Assembly: GCF_964355755.1 (NCBI RefSeq)
Contig: NC_092679.1
Coordinates: 12,631,432-12,695,431, forward strand
Reading direction: 5' to 3'
DNA: 64,000 nt
Origin: Antedon mediterranea
Lineage: Eukaryota; Animalia; Echinodermata
Under the pieces are notes generated by a model that was given only the letters and a program-made list of their open reading frames with translations, ran no database searches and was not told the DNA's origin. A program made the translations under genes and the position numbers. Positions 52,603 through 64,000 of this stretch are shown one piece after another. The stretch's first letter is position 1. Every line of letters begins with the position of its first letter.

Positions 52603-53131
52603 TAATCACATTTTCTTGTAATTTTAAGAAATTGAACTTGTTTTCAATCACATTTTCTTGTAATTTTAAGAGATTGAACTGTTTTCAATCACATTTTCTT
52701 GTAATTTTAAGAGATTGAACTTGTTTTCAATCACATTTTCTTGTAATTTTAAGAGATCGAACTTGTTTTCAATCACATTTTCTTGTAATTTTAAGAGATT
52801 GAACTTGTTTTCAATCACATTTTCTTGTAATTTTAAGAGATTGAACTTGTTTTCAATCACATTTTCTTGTAATTTTAAGAGATTGAACTTGTTTTCAATC
52901 ACATTTTCTTGTAATTTTAAGAGATTGAACTTGTTTTCAATCACATTTTCTTGTAATTTTAAGAGATTGAACTTGTTTTCAATCACATTTTCTTGTAATT
53001 TTAAGAGATTGAACTTGTTTTCAATCACATTTTCTTGTAATTTTAAGAGATTGAACTTGTTTTCAATCACATTTTCTTGTAATTTTAAGAGATTGAACAT
53101 GTTTTCAATCATATTTTCTTATTATTTTCAG
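52603..53131. repeat. 42-bp minisatellite (~12.5 copies) ending at the exon 10 acceptor
   Basis: Unit AACTTGTTTTCAATCACATTTTCTTGTAATTTTAAGAGATTG. Confidence 0.95.
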
Positions 53132-53266
53132 ATTGCTCAGGGAGTACAGGAAAATGCTGCAATACAGAACCAAATAGAGAAAGTAACAAGAGAGAAAGTG
53201 GCCTTAACAAATGAGTTAGAACAAGCCAAATCACAGATCATGCAACATTCCGTTTATATTACGCAG
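53132..53266 (+). CDS. SDCCAG8: SDCCAG8 exon 10
   Basis: IAQGVQENAAIQNQIEKVTREKVALTNELEQ; ttcag|...|gtacgt. Confidence 0.9.
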
Positions 53267-53399
53267 GTACGTTTCTGGATTTTGCGGATAAACTCAATTG
53301 GTACCATGTTTTACCCAAAAAAAAAAAAGCAATTGTGTGCATACTATGTAATCATTACCTCTTTGATAACTAAAACGACCCAGCAGATATTCTACTGAT

Positions 53400-54039
53400 A
53401 TTTGGCTTGGAAATCACGTCAAGTTTGGGGGGTGGGCTTATACCCGAGGATCCAAAAATGCAGATCGTCAAAAACAGCACATGTACACTGTGTATTCCAC
53501 CATGCGAGCGAGCGCCCTCACGTGTACGACGTTGCCTCTAAATACACGAGGTGTAGAGTGTCGGAAAATTAAGCTTATAGTTCGTGTAATTTATCGTAGA
53601 ATATCTTATTTTAAACATCAATTGAACAAGAATTTATCAAGCAGAAAAGCAAGTATACAATGTTCGTTAAATAGAAATGTACCAAAGAAATTTAATAAGC
53701 TTGTTTATGGCAGCCGATACCAAATAGTGGTTTACCATTTTGGCAACTTGTAGCATCATGTGTGAAGCGATCTTCAACCGCTATGGAGTGTAAACAAAAC
53801 AGGACCGCTAGGCCTCATATGGCCTAGCGTATATTAGCCTAGCTTGGTTATGATCAAAGGTAGGTGTATTCGGTGTATGGACGTCGCCAAATACAAAATA
53901 ATGTATTACGACACACACTGTAGATCTTCGAATTAATGGGTGGGCTTATACCCGAGTGCCTCATTTTTCATGAAAATTAGTCAAAAGTCGGGGGTGGGCT
54001 TATACCCGAGTATGGGCTTATACCCGCGTCAGTACGGTA
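53400..54039. mobile_element. Tc1/mariner-like non-autonomous element fragment
   Basis: Repeated GGGCTTATACCCG motifs and terminal ...CAGTACGGTA; left end not resolved. Confidence 0.5.
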
Positions 54040-54065
54040 TATATATAATAATGACGTTATCCAAA

Positions 54066-54197
54066 TTCCTTCACTTGCACTGATGAAGGGCTAGTGTTGC
54101 CCGAATGCTCTGCTAACTTTTCTGGCTGTTTTACTTATCGTTTTGATTTAGCTTTTCTCTTTTTTTTCAGTAATTTGCCTTTGGATTTATATATATA
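54066..54197 (+). mobile_element. solo Penelope-like pLTR with hammerhead copy (54077-54113, GAAA-to-GAAT)
   Basis: Matches 27476-27655 with an internal deletion; ends TTGGATTTATATATA. Confidence 0.85.
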
Positions 54198-54220
54198 ATA
54201 ACAAATATTGCCTTTTTATT

Positions 54221-54358
54221 GGTGAAATATAAGATTTGATATCCCCTTGGAATTGATATTTTTCTCTCAGGATTTAATTTCCCTCAGCTTCACTTCGAGA
54301 GATATAGTCCCTCGAGAAAAATATCATTTCCTTGTGGATGCCAAATCTTATATTTCAC
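54221..54358. mobile_element. degenerate palindromic element
   Basis: GGTGAAATATAAGATTTG / CAAATCTTATATTTCACC arms; centre resembles the reverse complement of CGAGGCGAAGCCGAG. Confidence 0.6.
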
Positions 54359-54511
54359 CTCTTAGCAAGCGTGTCTACATAATATTATAAATAATCATAA
54401 TCATTCTTGGTTAATAAAGGTAAATCCACAGCAGTTTTAAAAATCATGCTGCAATGTGTTCTTCAAAAAAACAAATGACTACATTCAGAATGGAATGGGT
54501 TTATTTTATAG

Positions 54512-54628
54512 GCTTCTCATGATGCGAAAGTATCAAGTACTTCATCAACAATACAAAGAGATGAAGCTATAAGACAATTGGACAAACTTAGACAAACTAC
54601 CTCATTAGAAATTCAAGAACTTGTTCAG
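54512..54628 (+). CDS. SDCCAG8: SDCCAG8 exon 11
   Basis: ASHDAKVS...QRDEAIRQLDKLR...ELVQ; AG/GT. Confidence 0.87.
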
Positions 54629-54779
54629 GTAAGAAAATACTATGAATATTTATTATCAAATGGTTCATTACAAATATAAAGGATGAAGCTGATCATTATT
54701 ATTTGCATATACTTCATTAATAATACAATGCTGTTCATTCCTTTATTTGACAACCATTATATGTTATTGAGGATTCGTA

Positions 54780-56466
54780 CAGTTAAACCTCTGTGAGCGG
54801 CCACCTCTCAGGGATGTCACCAGCTTTTTGGAGTGCCGGTCGGCAAATTTCCCGGGGGCTGGGGGGGGGGGGTATCTCCCCCCGGGGGTTTGTCGTTATT
54901 TTAGCGAAACATAAAGAATTATGAAAATAAATAACAACAAATTGCGTCAGGTCTAGGCCTAACCTTGTACCACCGGGGAGTCGCCGTTATTATTCGCGAA
55001 AACAAAAAAACGCTTACGAAATGAATAGCAATAGATCGCGTCAGGCTTAGGCCTAGCCTTTGTAGACACTACGACCACTAGGCCTAGCCAAGGAGGCTTA
55101 GATAGATGCCCCAAAATCTGAATTCCACAAAAACAGGCGCTTCCTTATTTAGGCTTAATCCCTAATCAAATACTGTAGATAAATTATTAGCCTAGACCTT
55201 ACTACTTGTTGCTCGATATAATGTTCGTGTTCTTTTGCGCGAGAGTTTTTTAGCGTATTCGCGAATTCCGGATTTTTTGTTTCACAACTGTGCGGCAAGC
55301 ATGTAGTGCATGGCCGGCAAGAACAGACACGTGTTTATGGGTTAACTGAAGTTCAGCAACCTGAAGTTATCCCAGGGACGTGTAATTATTGTACCATGCT
55401 CGGCGATCATAAACAAACGAACTTGCCCGGTCTCACTGAACCATGCGTATGTTTTTTTATTTTTTTTAATAGTTCGTAGAGTACAAAAATGTAAAACTAG
55501 TAACATAATAATAATTAAAGCAGGGTGACAAAACATTCAGCAATTAAAAATGATTTTGTTTGGGTCTATGTAGTTGTACATTTTTAATTACTGCGTACTT
55601 GTTTGTATTTTTAATCTGTGAAAAATAAAATGCTTGAATGGTCGCTACGTGAACTTTAAACTTGTACACTGTGCTGTGTAGCACGTTGTTCGCCATGACT
55701 CACAAGCTGTAACAATGAATACCAGGGCAGGGTAGGCCTGGTATTGTGTTACAAATAAAGTAACGTACGTAACCACGGAAACATTTGCTATAGTCTTTTG
55801 TCTTATCTATATGAGGCTAGCTTGACGATGTGCTAGGTAAAATGTTTTAGTACGAAATTTAGTTAAGCCTAGGCCTAATATAAATATCGTAATGATTAAT
55901 AAATAATAGTGGTGGTCGGCAGCCTGTAAATCCTGGTCGGAAATGTTGAGTGCTGGTCGGGGCCGACCAGCGTGGTGACATCCCTGACCTCTTGTAAGCG
56001 GCCACCTCCTTTAACGGCCGCACTTTCAAAAGCCTGTTTTCCTATTTAATTAGTGCATTGGGTAAGCGGCCACCTCCCGTTTTTTACTAAAAATGAGATT
56101 TTTTGTATGGTAAATTACCTCCTGCAAGTAGCCACCCGACAAAAAAAATACAATTTTTATACTTATTATGCTTTATATATTAGCTTTATTTCGAAGCGGT
56201 TTTAAAAACATTTTTGTGAAGAAACTTCCTGTGTTTTTTAGATGAGATGAGAAAACTACACTAAACTACTAAAACGTGTCTGAAAATCATAAATAATACC
56301 AAACCACCTGATCATAAACAATAAAATACAATTAGTTGGCGAATTTAGAGGCCCGTTGCGTTAAGAACGGCAAAAAATATCGTGCATGGCCAATACAGTA
56401 CATCATTTTGGCCCTCTATCGAAAAAACCTGGTTCCAAGGGTGGCCGCTTACAGGAGGTTCAACTG
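54780..56466. mobile_element. pogo/Tigger-like MITE (host of nested hAT-like element)
   Basis: ta|CAGTTAAACCTCTGTGAGCGGCCACC...GGTGGCCGCTTACAGGAGGTTCAACTG|ta. Confidence 0.82.
54809..55986. mobile_element. hAT-like non-autonomous element with 6-bp TSD
   Basis: 14-bp TIR CAGGGATGTCACCA; ACCTCT directly repeated at 54803-54808 and 55987-55992. Confidence 0.8.
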
Positions 56467-56621
56467 TAGGTGGTTACTGCATCACAATAAACACAATAAA
56501 CAATTGCATGTTGTTATCTTCTGGCTCTTTCAATGTACGAAAGCGACTATGATGTCATAATGCTTATTACAATTACAGTATAATTAAATAAATAAATGTA
56601 GAAATTTGTTTTATGCTTCAG

Positions 56622-56750
56622 GAAAAGACTCGTTTAAAATCTGAGTTGGGAGATGTAAAGCGACGTATGGATGAGGCTGAAAAACAAGCTTTATTGAGCA
56701 AAGATGAAAGTATCAAGTTAACAGAGAGATGCAATACAGCAGAACGAGAT
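56622..56750 (+). CDS. SDCCAG8: SDCCAG8 exon 12
   Basis: EKTRLKSELGDVKRR...ESIKLTERCNTAERD; ttcag|...|gtaaga. Confidence 0.9.
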
Positions 56751-57183
56751 GTAAGAAATAAACTAATGATATTGTATCTTGTCAAGTCGATTTATTGAAA
56801 GAGAAATTTAGGATAGGTAGAAGAGTGCAATAATGTTTTTTTTACCCAGCGAGCCAGAACCAGAATGTGCTAGCACATTAAAATCAAGCTGTAGTGCCAA
56901 GCCGTCTGTAATTGTTCTGTTCTGCACCAATTGCATTACTGCCTAATTCTTGAATGGTTTAGGCATTGGCCTAGCCTCTCATTAAAAGGTTGGTGTGTTA
57001 TAAAACAAATAGTGAATGTTTTATATTCATGCAATAATACAAATAATTTCATTTGGTGAAATATGAATGCTCTATTTTCACTCAGCTTTGCCTCATGAAA
57101 ATATAACCTTTTATCTTTATGTAAAATTGTGTTTAAAATCACATATAAAAATGCAATATTCAATTCCTATTGTTTTTGTAAAG

Positions 57184-57316
57184 CTTATGCTAGTGAAGAT
57201 GGCAAAAGATGGCATTGATCGTAGTCGTAACGATGAACTACGAACTTTAACCCGCCGCACTCAACAAAGAGAACAGGAGCTACAACAAGTTATACATGAG
57301 CAGGAGAATAGATATT
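57184..57316 (+). CDS. SDCCAG8: SDCCAG8 exon 13
   Basis: LMLVKMAKDGI...QQREQELQQVIHEQENRY; donor gtaagt. Confidence 0.88.
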
Positions 57317-57869
57317 GTAAGTTAAGAATCAACTCATCATCTTGTTCCCTAGTTTAATCCATTCAGAAAATAAACAAAACTTAATTTATCCTGACTAAAT
57401 TTTGAAAGCTAAGCCATGCAAAGATATGGTTCTCAGATTATAACATGAGAAAGTAACAGCATATGATATAAAATCTAAATCTTTATTTATTCACAAAATT
57501 GTTTATTCCCAAAATGATAAAATAGTACAAAATGTGAAAGCTTGTTCACCATAAAAATTGAGTTCTTTCACATGTTTGGTATATAAATATATTTTGGTTG
57601 GGACAGCTTTTTCTCATTCTCACAGATTTTTTGTCGTTTCAAAATTAATTAATTTTTATTCAGTATATCACCGAGCTGTTTATAATTTATTTTGTGCCTG
57701 TTGATTTAAAAATAATTTTGTAATACATAATACATATATTATGTTTCTTATTTTAGCATGTTTGTCATTCTGAAAGGCTATGGCATCTGGTTTAGAAATC
57801 AATCAAATGGCAAAGATACCCTTTGTGTGTGTTATAATATTTTCAAATAATTTATAATTTTACTTTTAG

Positions 57870-57987
57870 CTTCTACAGTAACTGAACTTGAGAATGTGAT
57901 ATGTAGTCAAGGTTTGTTGATAAATAAACTAAGAGATGAAGGAACCAATCTAACAGACAAAGTACAAGAAGTCAGTGATAAATACAG
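57870..57987 (+). CDS. SDCCAG8: SDCCAG8 exon 14
   Basis: STVTELENVICSQGLLINKLRDEG...KYR; phase 1-2. Confidence 0.88.
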
Positions 57988-58390
57988 GTAAAGATCACTA
58001 CGTTAGAATATTTCACACTTGCGATTTGAGTGGTTAATTACGTATCGGTTGGAATTAGCCCTACCTAACAGAAAAGTGATATGTAATGGTGATAATTAAC
58101 GTGCATGTCCAGCTTTCTGTAAACATTTTGAAAATTTTTTCCATGCAGTGTTGTAAGTGATTGCGTTCGGAAAACAACTAGTTGTGTCCGCTGTTCAACT
58201 CCGCATTTATTATTTTGAATGGCCTAACATCCCGGCCTAGCATGTAAATATATATAAATTGAATAAAAGTAGGTGAATGAATGAATGTTTTGTACTCATT
58301 ATTTGGAGTGGAGTTGTTTTTTAGTTCTTTTTTTTCGCACACTGAAAAAGCTTTTTAAAAAACTGATTCCTATTGTTTTTCTTCTAATAG

Positions 58391-58565
58391 GTCTGAAATA
58401 AGGAGACTTAAACAAACAAATTCGGAACTGAGTCTACGTTGTGACCGTCTTTCTCAACAGCATGCCGAGATGGAAATGCAATGTGTTGATCATGGACGTC
58501 TTCATAAACGTATGAAAAGCAGGTTAGAGCAGTTGGATGAACATGGCCAAAGGACTGGAAAACAG
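58391..58565 (+). CDS. SDCCAG8: SDCCAG8 exon 15
   Basis: SEIRRL...QCVDHGRLHKRMKSRLEQLDEH. Confidence 0.92.
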
Positions 58566-58846
58566 GTGCAAATTTTTGGTGAAATTTAACTGTTTATTTT
58601 GTCATTTTATTATTGTTAAATCATTAATGTTGTTTCGTTCCATTAAAACTGCAATATGGCCTATTAAATTTTTCATGATACCTCTTTAATATAGGTCACT
58701 GTAAATGTCACTGTTACTTAATTCAGGAAGCGAGCTCAAGCTATACTAAACTACCTGTGTTTGAATTTGTTGTTTGTTTTATCTGATGACTTGATATTGT
58801 TATAAGTATTTTAACTTTGTATTTAAAGTATATATTTGATTTCTAG

Positions 58847-58963
58847 ATATACGAGTTACTACAAAAGCAAACTGGTTTGATGAAAGAAAGACATGCTCTT
58901 AGCCAAGAAGTTGAATTCCTAAGATCACAAATTCAGAAAGCCAGTCCCCAATCTATTTCATCT
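58847..58963 (+). CDS. SDCCAG8: SDCCAG8 exon 16 (frame stays open to a stop at 59065 if the donor is skipped)
   Basis: IYELLQKQTGLMKERHALSQEVEFLRSQI...SS|gtaagt. Confidence 0.88.
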
Positions 58964-60442
58964 GTAAGTATCAAAAAGATAAACGAAAACTCAAATTTTT
59001 GTCTAGATGTACTGGGCTCGCAAAGTCGCCATGGACGAAAACGTCTTCAGAGTGGTGAAAAATAAATGCTTTAGCCATTTCGGCGATGGCATATGATCAA
59101 ATAGATAATCAAATCATCATTTTGGTGAAAGCATAAAATCCAACTAAAAGGTCCACTTGTCTCCAAGCATTTATATTGTTCGTTATCATGTTGTTTAATT
59201 CAAACTCCATTGCAAAGGAACTTGTCAAACTTGTTTTTGCTTCGCCATGGTGAGCAGTTATTGATTTTATAAGTCTAATCACATGGCTATAAATCAAAAG
59301 CATAGATGTATACTACAGGCAATGGAATGCCAACACAGCGCAATAGTGAATCAGAGAGGTTTTGGGGTAGTACTGCTAGAGATAATGATGCAATAAAGCA
59401 AAATCTGACTAAAACATTGCCGAAAATGATCATTTTTTAGCCACGCGAATGATGCGGCCACAGTTGACCGCTTGGCGAATCCCCGAATAACAAAGTTTTA
59501 GAAATAATAATTTATTTTTATATATTAAATAAACATTGGCTATATCAATAAATTATGTTATTAAATGGTAGTTCTTTTGCACGATAGTCATAGGCATTGG
59601 TTTTGCTCGTGTCTCAAATGGGCCTGATCGTCTTGAACCCGAAAGTCTGTGGACCCGATCGTTTACCATTATTGCCATGGTAAGCTTCCTGAATGTCGGA
59701 ATTTATGTCTGCAATTTCATGGGCTGTTGTGTAGACGGTTATCATTATAGACTAGGCTAGGCCAGTGATATCATGGAGAATTCAAGTCAAAGAAATAGGC
59801 CTATTGCATAGGAACGTCTGTCTCCGTCGGGGGTCTGGTTCCCAAACTTCTCGTTGTACCAGGCGTCTCTTTGTTATTTTAATTATGAATGTAGCAGAGG
59901 TAGACTGCACAGAGAGACAGACGTTACACGACAGAATAGAAAGTACCTTAGATGAACGCCATCTTATTGAAATAAAATATTTGTGCGTTATGCATTTTAG
60001 ATGCTGCCTATTAAGTTTCATATTTTACCCTTATTAAACTTTCTTCGTGCGTGCAGTGCATGAGTAGAGTAAACAAAACAACCTTTGGGAAATGGTTGAA
60101 TCTAACAGGGATTTAGCTAAACAGACACACGTGCGCATTGCAGACCATACAGTATTACTGCTGTGGTGTTGTGTAATAATCAGTAATTTCTCCTGACGGA
60201 AAAGCTTCCCCACGGCCATAATGAAGAGAGATGGAAAGTCGTGGTACTCTGTACTGTGGCCTATTAATAACAGATAATATTATCTGTACGTTCAATGATG
60301 ATATGAGTGTTCGTTTGCTAGTTCTAAATTTATTTTAAATATAGTACACTCTTCCAAATTTTGCATGGATATACATAATTTTCATTTGCCATAGTTATTG
60401 AATAACTAAATAAATAAATTTAAATGCATTTTCATTTCGCAG

Positions 60443-60538
60443 ATCACAAGAAACCTGTCAAAGGAAAACATTGGTGGTAGTGCTATTAGTGATCTAATGG
60501 AAAGCAATCATTCAGCTGCCATGACTGATGACTTGTGA
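60443..60538 (+). CDS. SDCCAG8: SDCCAG8 probable terminal exon 17
   Basis: ttttcatttcgcag|ATC ACA...GAT GAC TTG TGA; phase 0 matches the exon 16 donor; 31 open codons. Confidence 0.65.
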   Translation: MTRNLSKENIGGSAISDLMESNHSAAMTDDL

Positions 60539-62020
60539 TGCTATTACGAGAAACCCATGCAGAGGTATCAGAGCAACGGATGACTCGTGATACTATTACT
60601 AGAAACTCATGCAGAGGTATCACAGCAATGGATGACTTGTGATGCTATTACTAGAAACTCATGCAGAGGTATCACAGCAACAGATGACTTGTGATGCTAT
60701 TACTAGAAACTCATGCAGAGGTATCACAGCAACAGATGACTCGTGATGCTATTACTAGAAACTCATGCAGAGGTATCACAGCAACAGATGACTCGTGATG
60801 CTATTACTAGAAACTCATGCAGAGGTATCACAGCAACAGATGACTCGTGATGATATTACTAGAAACTCATGCAGAGGTATCACAGCAACAGATGACTCGT
60901 GATGCTATTACTAGAAACTCATGCAGAGGTATCACAGCAACAGATGACTTGTGATGCTATTAATAGAAACCCATGCAGAGGTATCAATAGCAACGGATGA
61001 CTCGTGATGCTATTAATAGAAACTCATGCAGAGGTATCACAGCAACGGATGACTCGTGATGCTATTAATAGAAACCCATGCAGAGGTATCACAGCAACGG
61101 ATGACTCTTGATGCTATTACTAGAAACTCATGCAGAGGTATCACAGCAACGGATGACTCGTGATGCTATTACTAGAAACTCATGCAGAGGTATCACAGCA
61201 ACAGATGACTTGTGATGCTATTACTAGAAACTCATGCAGAGGTATCACAGCAACAGATGACTCGTGATGCTATTACTAGAAACTCATGCAGAGGTATCAC
61301 AGCAACAGATGACTCGTGATGCTATTACTAGAAACTCATGCAGAGGTATCACAGCAACAGATGACTCGTGATGATATTACTAGAAACTCATGCAGAGGTA
61401 TCACAGCAACAGATGACTCGTGATGCTATTACTAGAAACTCATGCAGAGGTATCACAGCAACAGATGACTTGTGATGCTATTAATAGAAACCCATGCAGA
61501 GGTATCAATAGCAACGGATGACTCGTGATGCTATTAATAGAAACTCATGCAGAGGTATCACAGCAACGGATGACTCGTGATGCTATTAATAGAAACTCAT
61601 GCAGAGGTATCACAGCAACAGATGACTCGTGATGCTATTACTAGAAACTCATGCAGAGGTATCACAGCAACAGATGACTCGTGATGATATTACTAGAAAC
61701 TCATGCAGAGGTATCACAGCAACAGATGACTCGTGATGCTATTACTAGAAACCCATGCAGAGGTATCACAGTAACAGATGACTCGTGATGATATTACTAG
61801 AAACCCATGCAGAGGTATCACAGCAACAGATGACTCGTGATGATATTACTAGAAACCCATGCAGAGGTATCACAGCAACGGATGACTCTTGATGCTATTA
61901 CTAGAAACTCATGCAGAGGTATCACAGTAACAGATGACTCGTGATGCTATTACAACCCAATACAGAGGTATCACAGTAACGGATAACTAATTATGCTATT
62001 ACAACACCATATAGAGGTAT
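60527..62020. repeat. 52-bp minisatellite (~28-29 copies)
   Basis: Unit GATGACTCGTGATGCTATTACTAGAAACTCATGCAGAGGTATCACAGCAACA. Confidence 0.97.
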
Positions 62021-62377
62021 AAGTATACGGCATTTACCATTCTCGTCAGATCACCGAAGTTAAGCAACATTGGGTCTGGTTAAAGCTTGAATGGGAGACC
62101 ATCTGTTAATATCAAGTGCTGTATATGGAGCTGGGGTCTCATTAGGTATTTGAAAACAGCACTGCTGACTCTGACAGCCCCTGCATCTAATATCTGCCTC
62201 AGAAGTATTGGCCCATGCCCTTTCTCTGGTCAAGGTGAGCACTGGATGAGAGAAGCAAGCCCTTGATCAATGTTAGGACCAATCAAGTTGCTTTAAACAG
62301 TCTGGCTTGGTTTCATCCATCATTCAGATGAATGTAAAAGTAATGGACATTGTTGTTGGCGACAGACGTCCCGCAAA
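62021..62377 (+). mobile_element. 5S rRNA-derived SINE (SINE3-like)
   Basis: Head TTCTCGTCAGATCACCGAAGTTAAGCAAC...TGGGAGACC matches 5S rRNA, followed by a non-5S body; flanked by direct repeat ATAGAGGTAT. Confidence 0.8.
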
Positions 62378-62536
62378 ATAGAGGTATCATAGCTCCAGCT
62401 TAAGTGGAGTAGAATATTAGCTTTTTTTAATTTTTTATTGCCAATGCCCCAATAACTACTGCCAGGAGTAATTCAATACACGAAACCACGCTGAGAGTGT
62501 TGGGAGAGTCACTATCGAATCACATTTAGACCATAA

Positions 62537-62610
62537 TGCCCCAGTGGTCTAATGCTAGAATGTCTTCATATCAAGCAGGCGCTGCTGCGTTACAATCTTG
62601 GTTGGGGGCG
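62537..62610 (+). mobile_element. degenerate tRNA-like/SINE head
   Basis: A-box-like TGGTCTAATGCTAGA and B-box-like GTTACAATC, GCCCC...GGGGGC ends. Confidence 0.3.
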
Positions 62611-63059
62611 ATTTTTTGTCAGTCTCACGGTTTATAACCGCAACCCGTCTTTAATTGGAACTGCTATATATCCAAGTTCATTCATTTAAGAATGTGTTGC
62701 TAATGCAATCAGTAAACTGTGTTTTTTATCTTTCGAGAGCGTAGACAGCTAATTATTTAATTGAGCTCGCATAACTGCTCTTTTTATGTTGGTTTGGTAA
62801 TTTCATAAGAAGTTCTATATGTGTCAATTATTTGAATTTAGATAAACAACTTAATAGCAATTTGGGTAACACTACCTCACGGGCGTTTGTTGCGTCGCAA
62901 AGCATTATGGGTTTAAAGGAAGTACAAATATATTCTGAATATTCATGAACCATATCTACAGCTTGCTGCATGGTGTGTGTGTGTGTCCGTACGGTTTGTG
63001 TACATTACTTGTTTATATATAAACATACGTAGTACTGTAGTTGACTAAACTTCTTAATT

Positions 63060-64000
63060 GGAAAGTTTGGAGATGGAGAAATCAGTAATCTTGACATCAT
63101 CAACCAGATATGACATATCATGTAAAGACTTGGTTTTGTCTTGAAAACTTTTTTGAAGATTGTTCCCTTAGGCTGTGAAGCAGGCACATTGTATTGTGGC
63201 TCTTGCATGTGTGTGCACAAGTCATCAAGTGAATCACAGCCTTGTTCTGGTTGCACGTGTACTGACAAATTATGCTCATTATCTAGTGAAATGAATACAC
63301 TATCACGATAACTTGATGGTAAATTCTTCTAGTCCCAGCAAGTGTTTGCAAGGGTAATGATATATCTCCCATTGCTCACATGTGCATTTTGGAACTTGCA
63401 AATTGACCACATGAAACTGGTTGTACTGAGAGGAGCTATGAACAGAAACAATTCTAGTAAATCACCCGAGCTGAATTTAGCTTTGAGACAATGCTTAATA
63501 AAATTTGGCGGTCAGTCATGGAGGTATACAGGTACGGCTGTATTTCCTGTATGTATGGCTAAGCTGTACTTTTCTTTGCTGATAGTTTTTGTAACATTGA
63601 GGTATATAGGTCTCTAAAAGCATCACAGAAATTCCAAACACTGACTTATCTATCGATCAGGTTAGAATTCATATTTGAAGGCCTTGTTTTGGGCTTCTAC
63701 GCCATTGTTGGTGTTTAGTACTTGACGCTTGCGCATGAATCTCACCCATCAAAATGAACAAGAAAGCTAAATGTTGTCAACATAATTCTGAACATGATGT
63801 TTGTCCTTATAAATGACAAACATAGACTAACAACCGCACTATCTGCTTCAAATGTGTTAAGAACTCCTGCTCTAAAGAATTCAGCCCATTCTTGCCTTTC
63901 CTTGCCCAACGTTGCTATGCCTGCAATCTATGAAAGTCACAGATGTATGATATCACCCCTGGAAACTGTTCTTCTATGTCACCTATTTCCATCCATGAAA
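63060..64000 (-). pseudogene. decayed Mutator-like (MULE) transposase with SWIM zinc finger, running off the window end
   Basis: Minus strand CDFHRLQA*QRW (CxxH), NTNNGVEAQNKAFKY, PVYLHD*PPNFIKHC, CTCEQWEIYHYPCKH; stops and frameshifts. Confidence 0.8.

Larger units (their letters stand above)
35765..60538 (+). other. SDCCAG8: SDCCAG8 (centrosomal/ciliary coiled-coil protein) gene span, ~17 coding exons
   Basis: Continuous phase-consistent exon chain with recognisable motifs YQKSLRERA, NQSSYIQQLEGDLKFCKEE, CIRCAQHEAVL, QCVDHGRLHKRMK. Confidence 0.92.

Noticed and set aside
52666-53112. 148-aa minus-strand repeat protein (LLKLQENVIENKFN)n
   Set aside because: By-product of a stop-free 42-bp minisatellite inside an intron
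60527-62020. CRISPR-like array
   Set aside because: Head-to-tail units with no unique spacers, no cas genes, eukaryotic context
62023-62123. Functional 5S rRNA gene
   Set aside because: Internal deletion near the 5' end, many substitutions, no T-run terminator; continues into a SINE-like body

Overview
AT-rich, intron-rich animal genomic DNA; the gene content and repeat types suggest an invertebrate, possibly an echinoderm (inference). 1-30 kb: 3' half of an alpha-neurexin gene (+), encoding LNS4-LNS5-EGF3-LNS6-stalk-Cys loop-TM-cytoplasmic tail ending KEWYV. Its two longest introns hold four candidate in-frame microexons, three of which add an N-glycosylation sequon. Its last intron holds a 5.7-kb inverted-repeat structure around a decayed Penelope-like retroelement with hammerhead ribozyme motifs. 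~35.3 kb: intron-containing tRNA-Tyr(GTA), divergent from a complete ~17-exon SDCCAG8 gene (+, 35765-60538). SDCCAG8 intron 1 is almost entirely foldback/MITE elements, and its last exon's stop codon lies inside the first unit of a 52-bp minisatellite. The window ends with a 5S-derived SINE and a decayed MULE (SWIM) transposase on the minus strand. Coordinates were read by eye; exon models are not transcript-verified.
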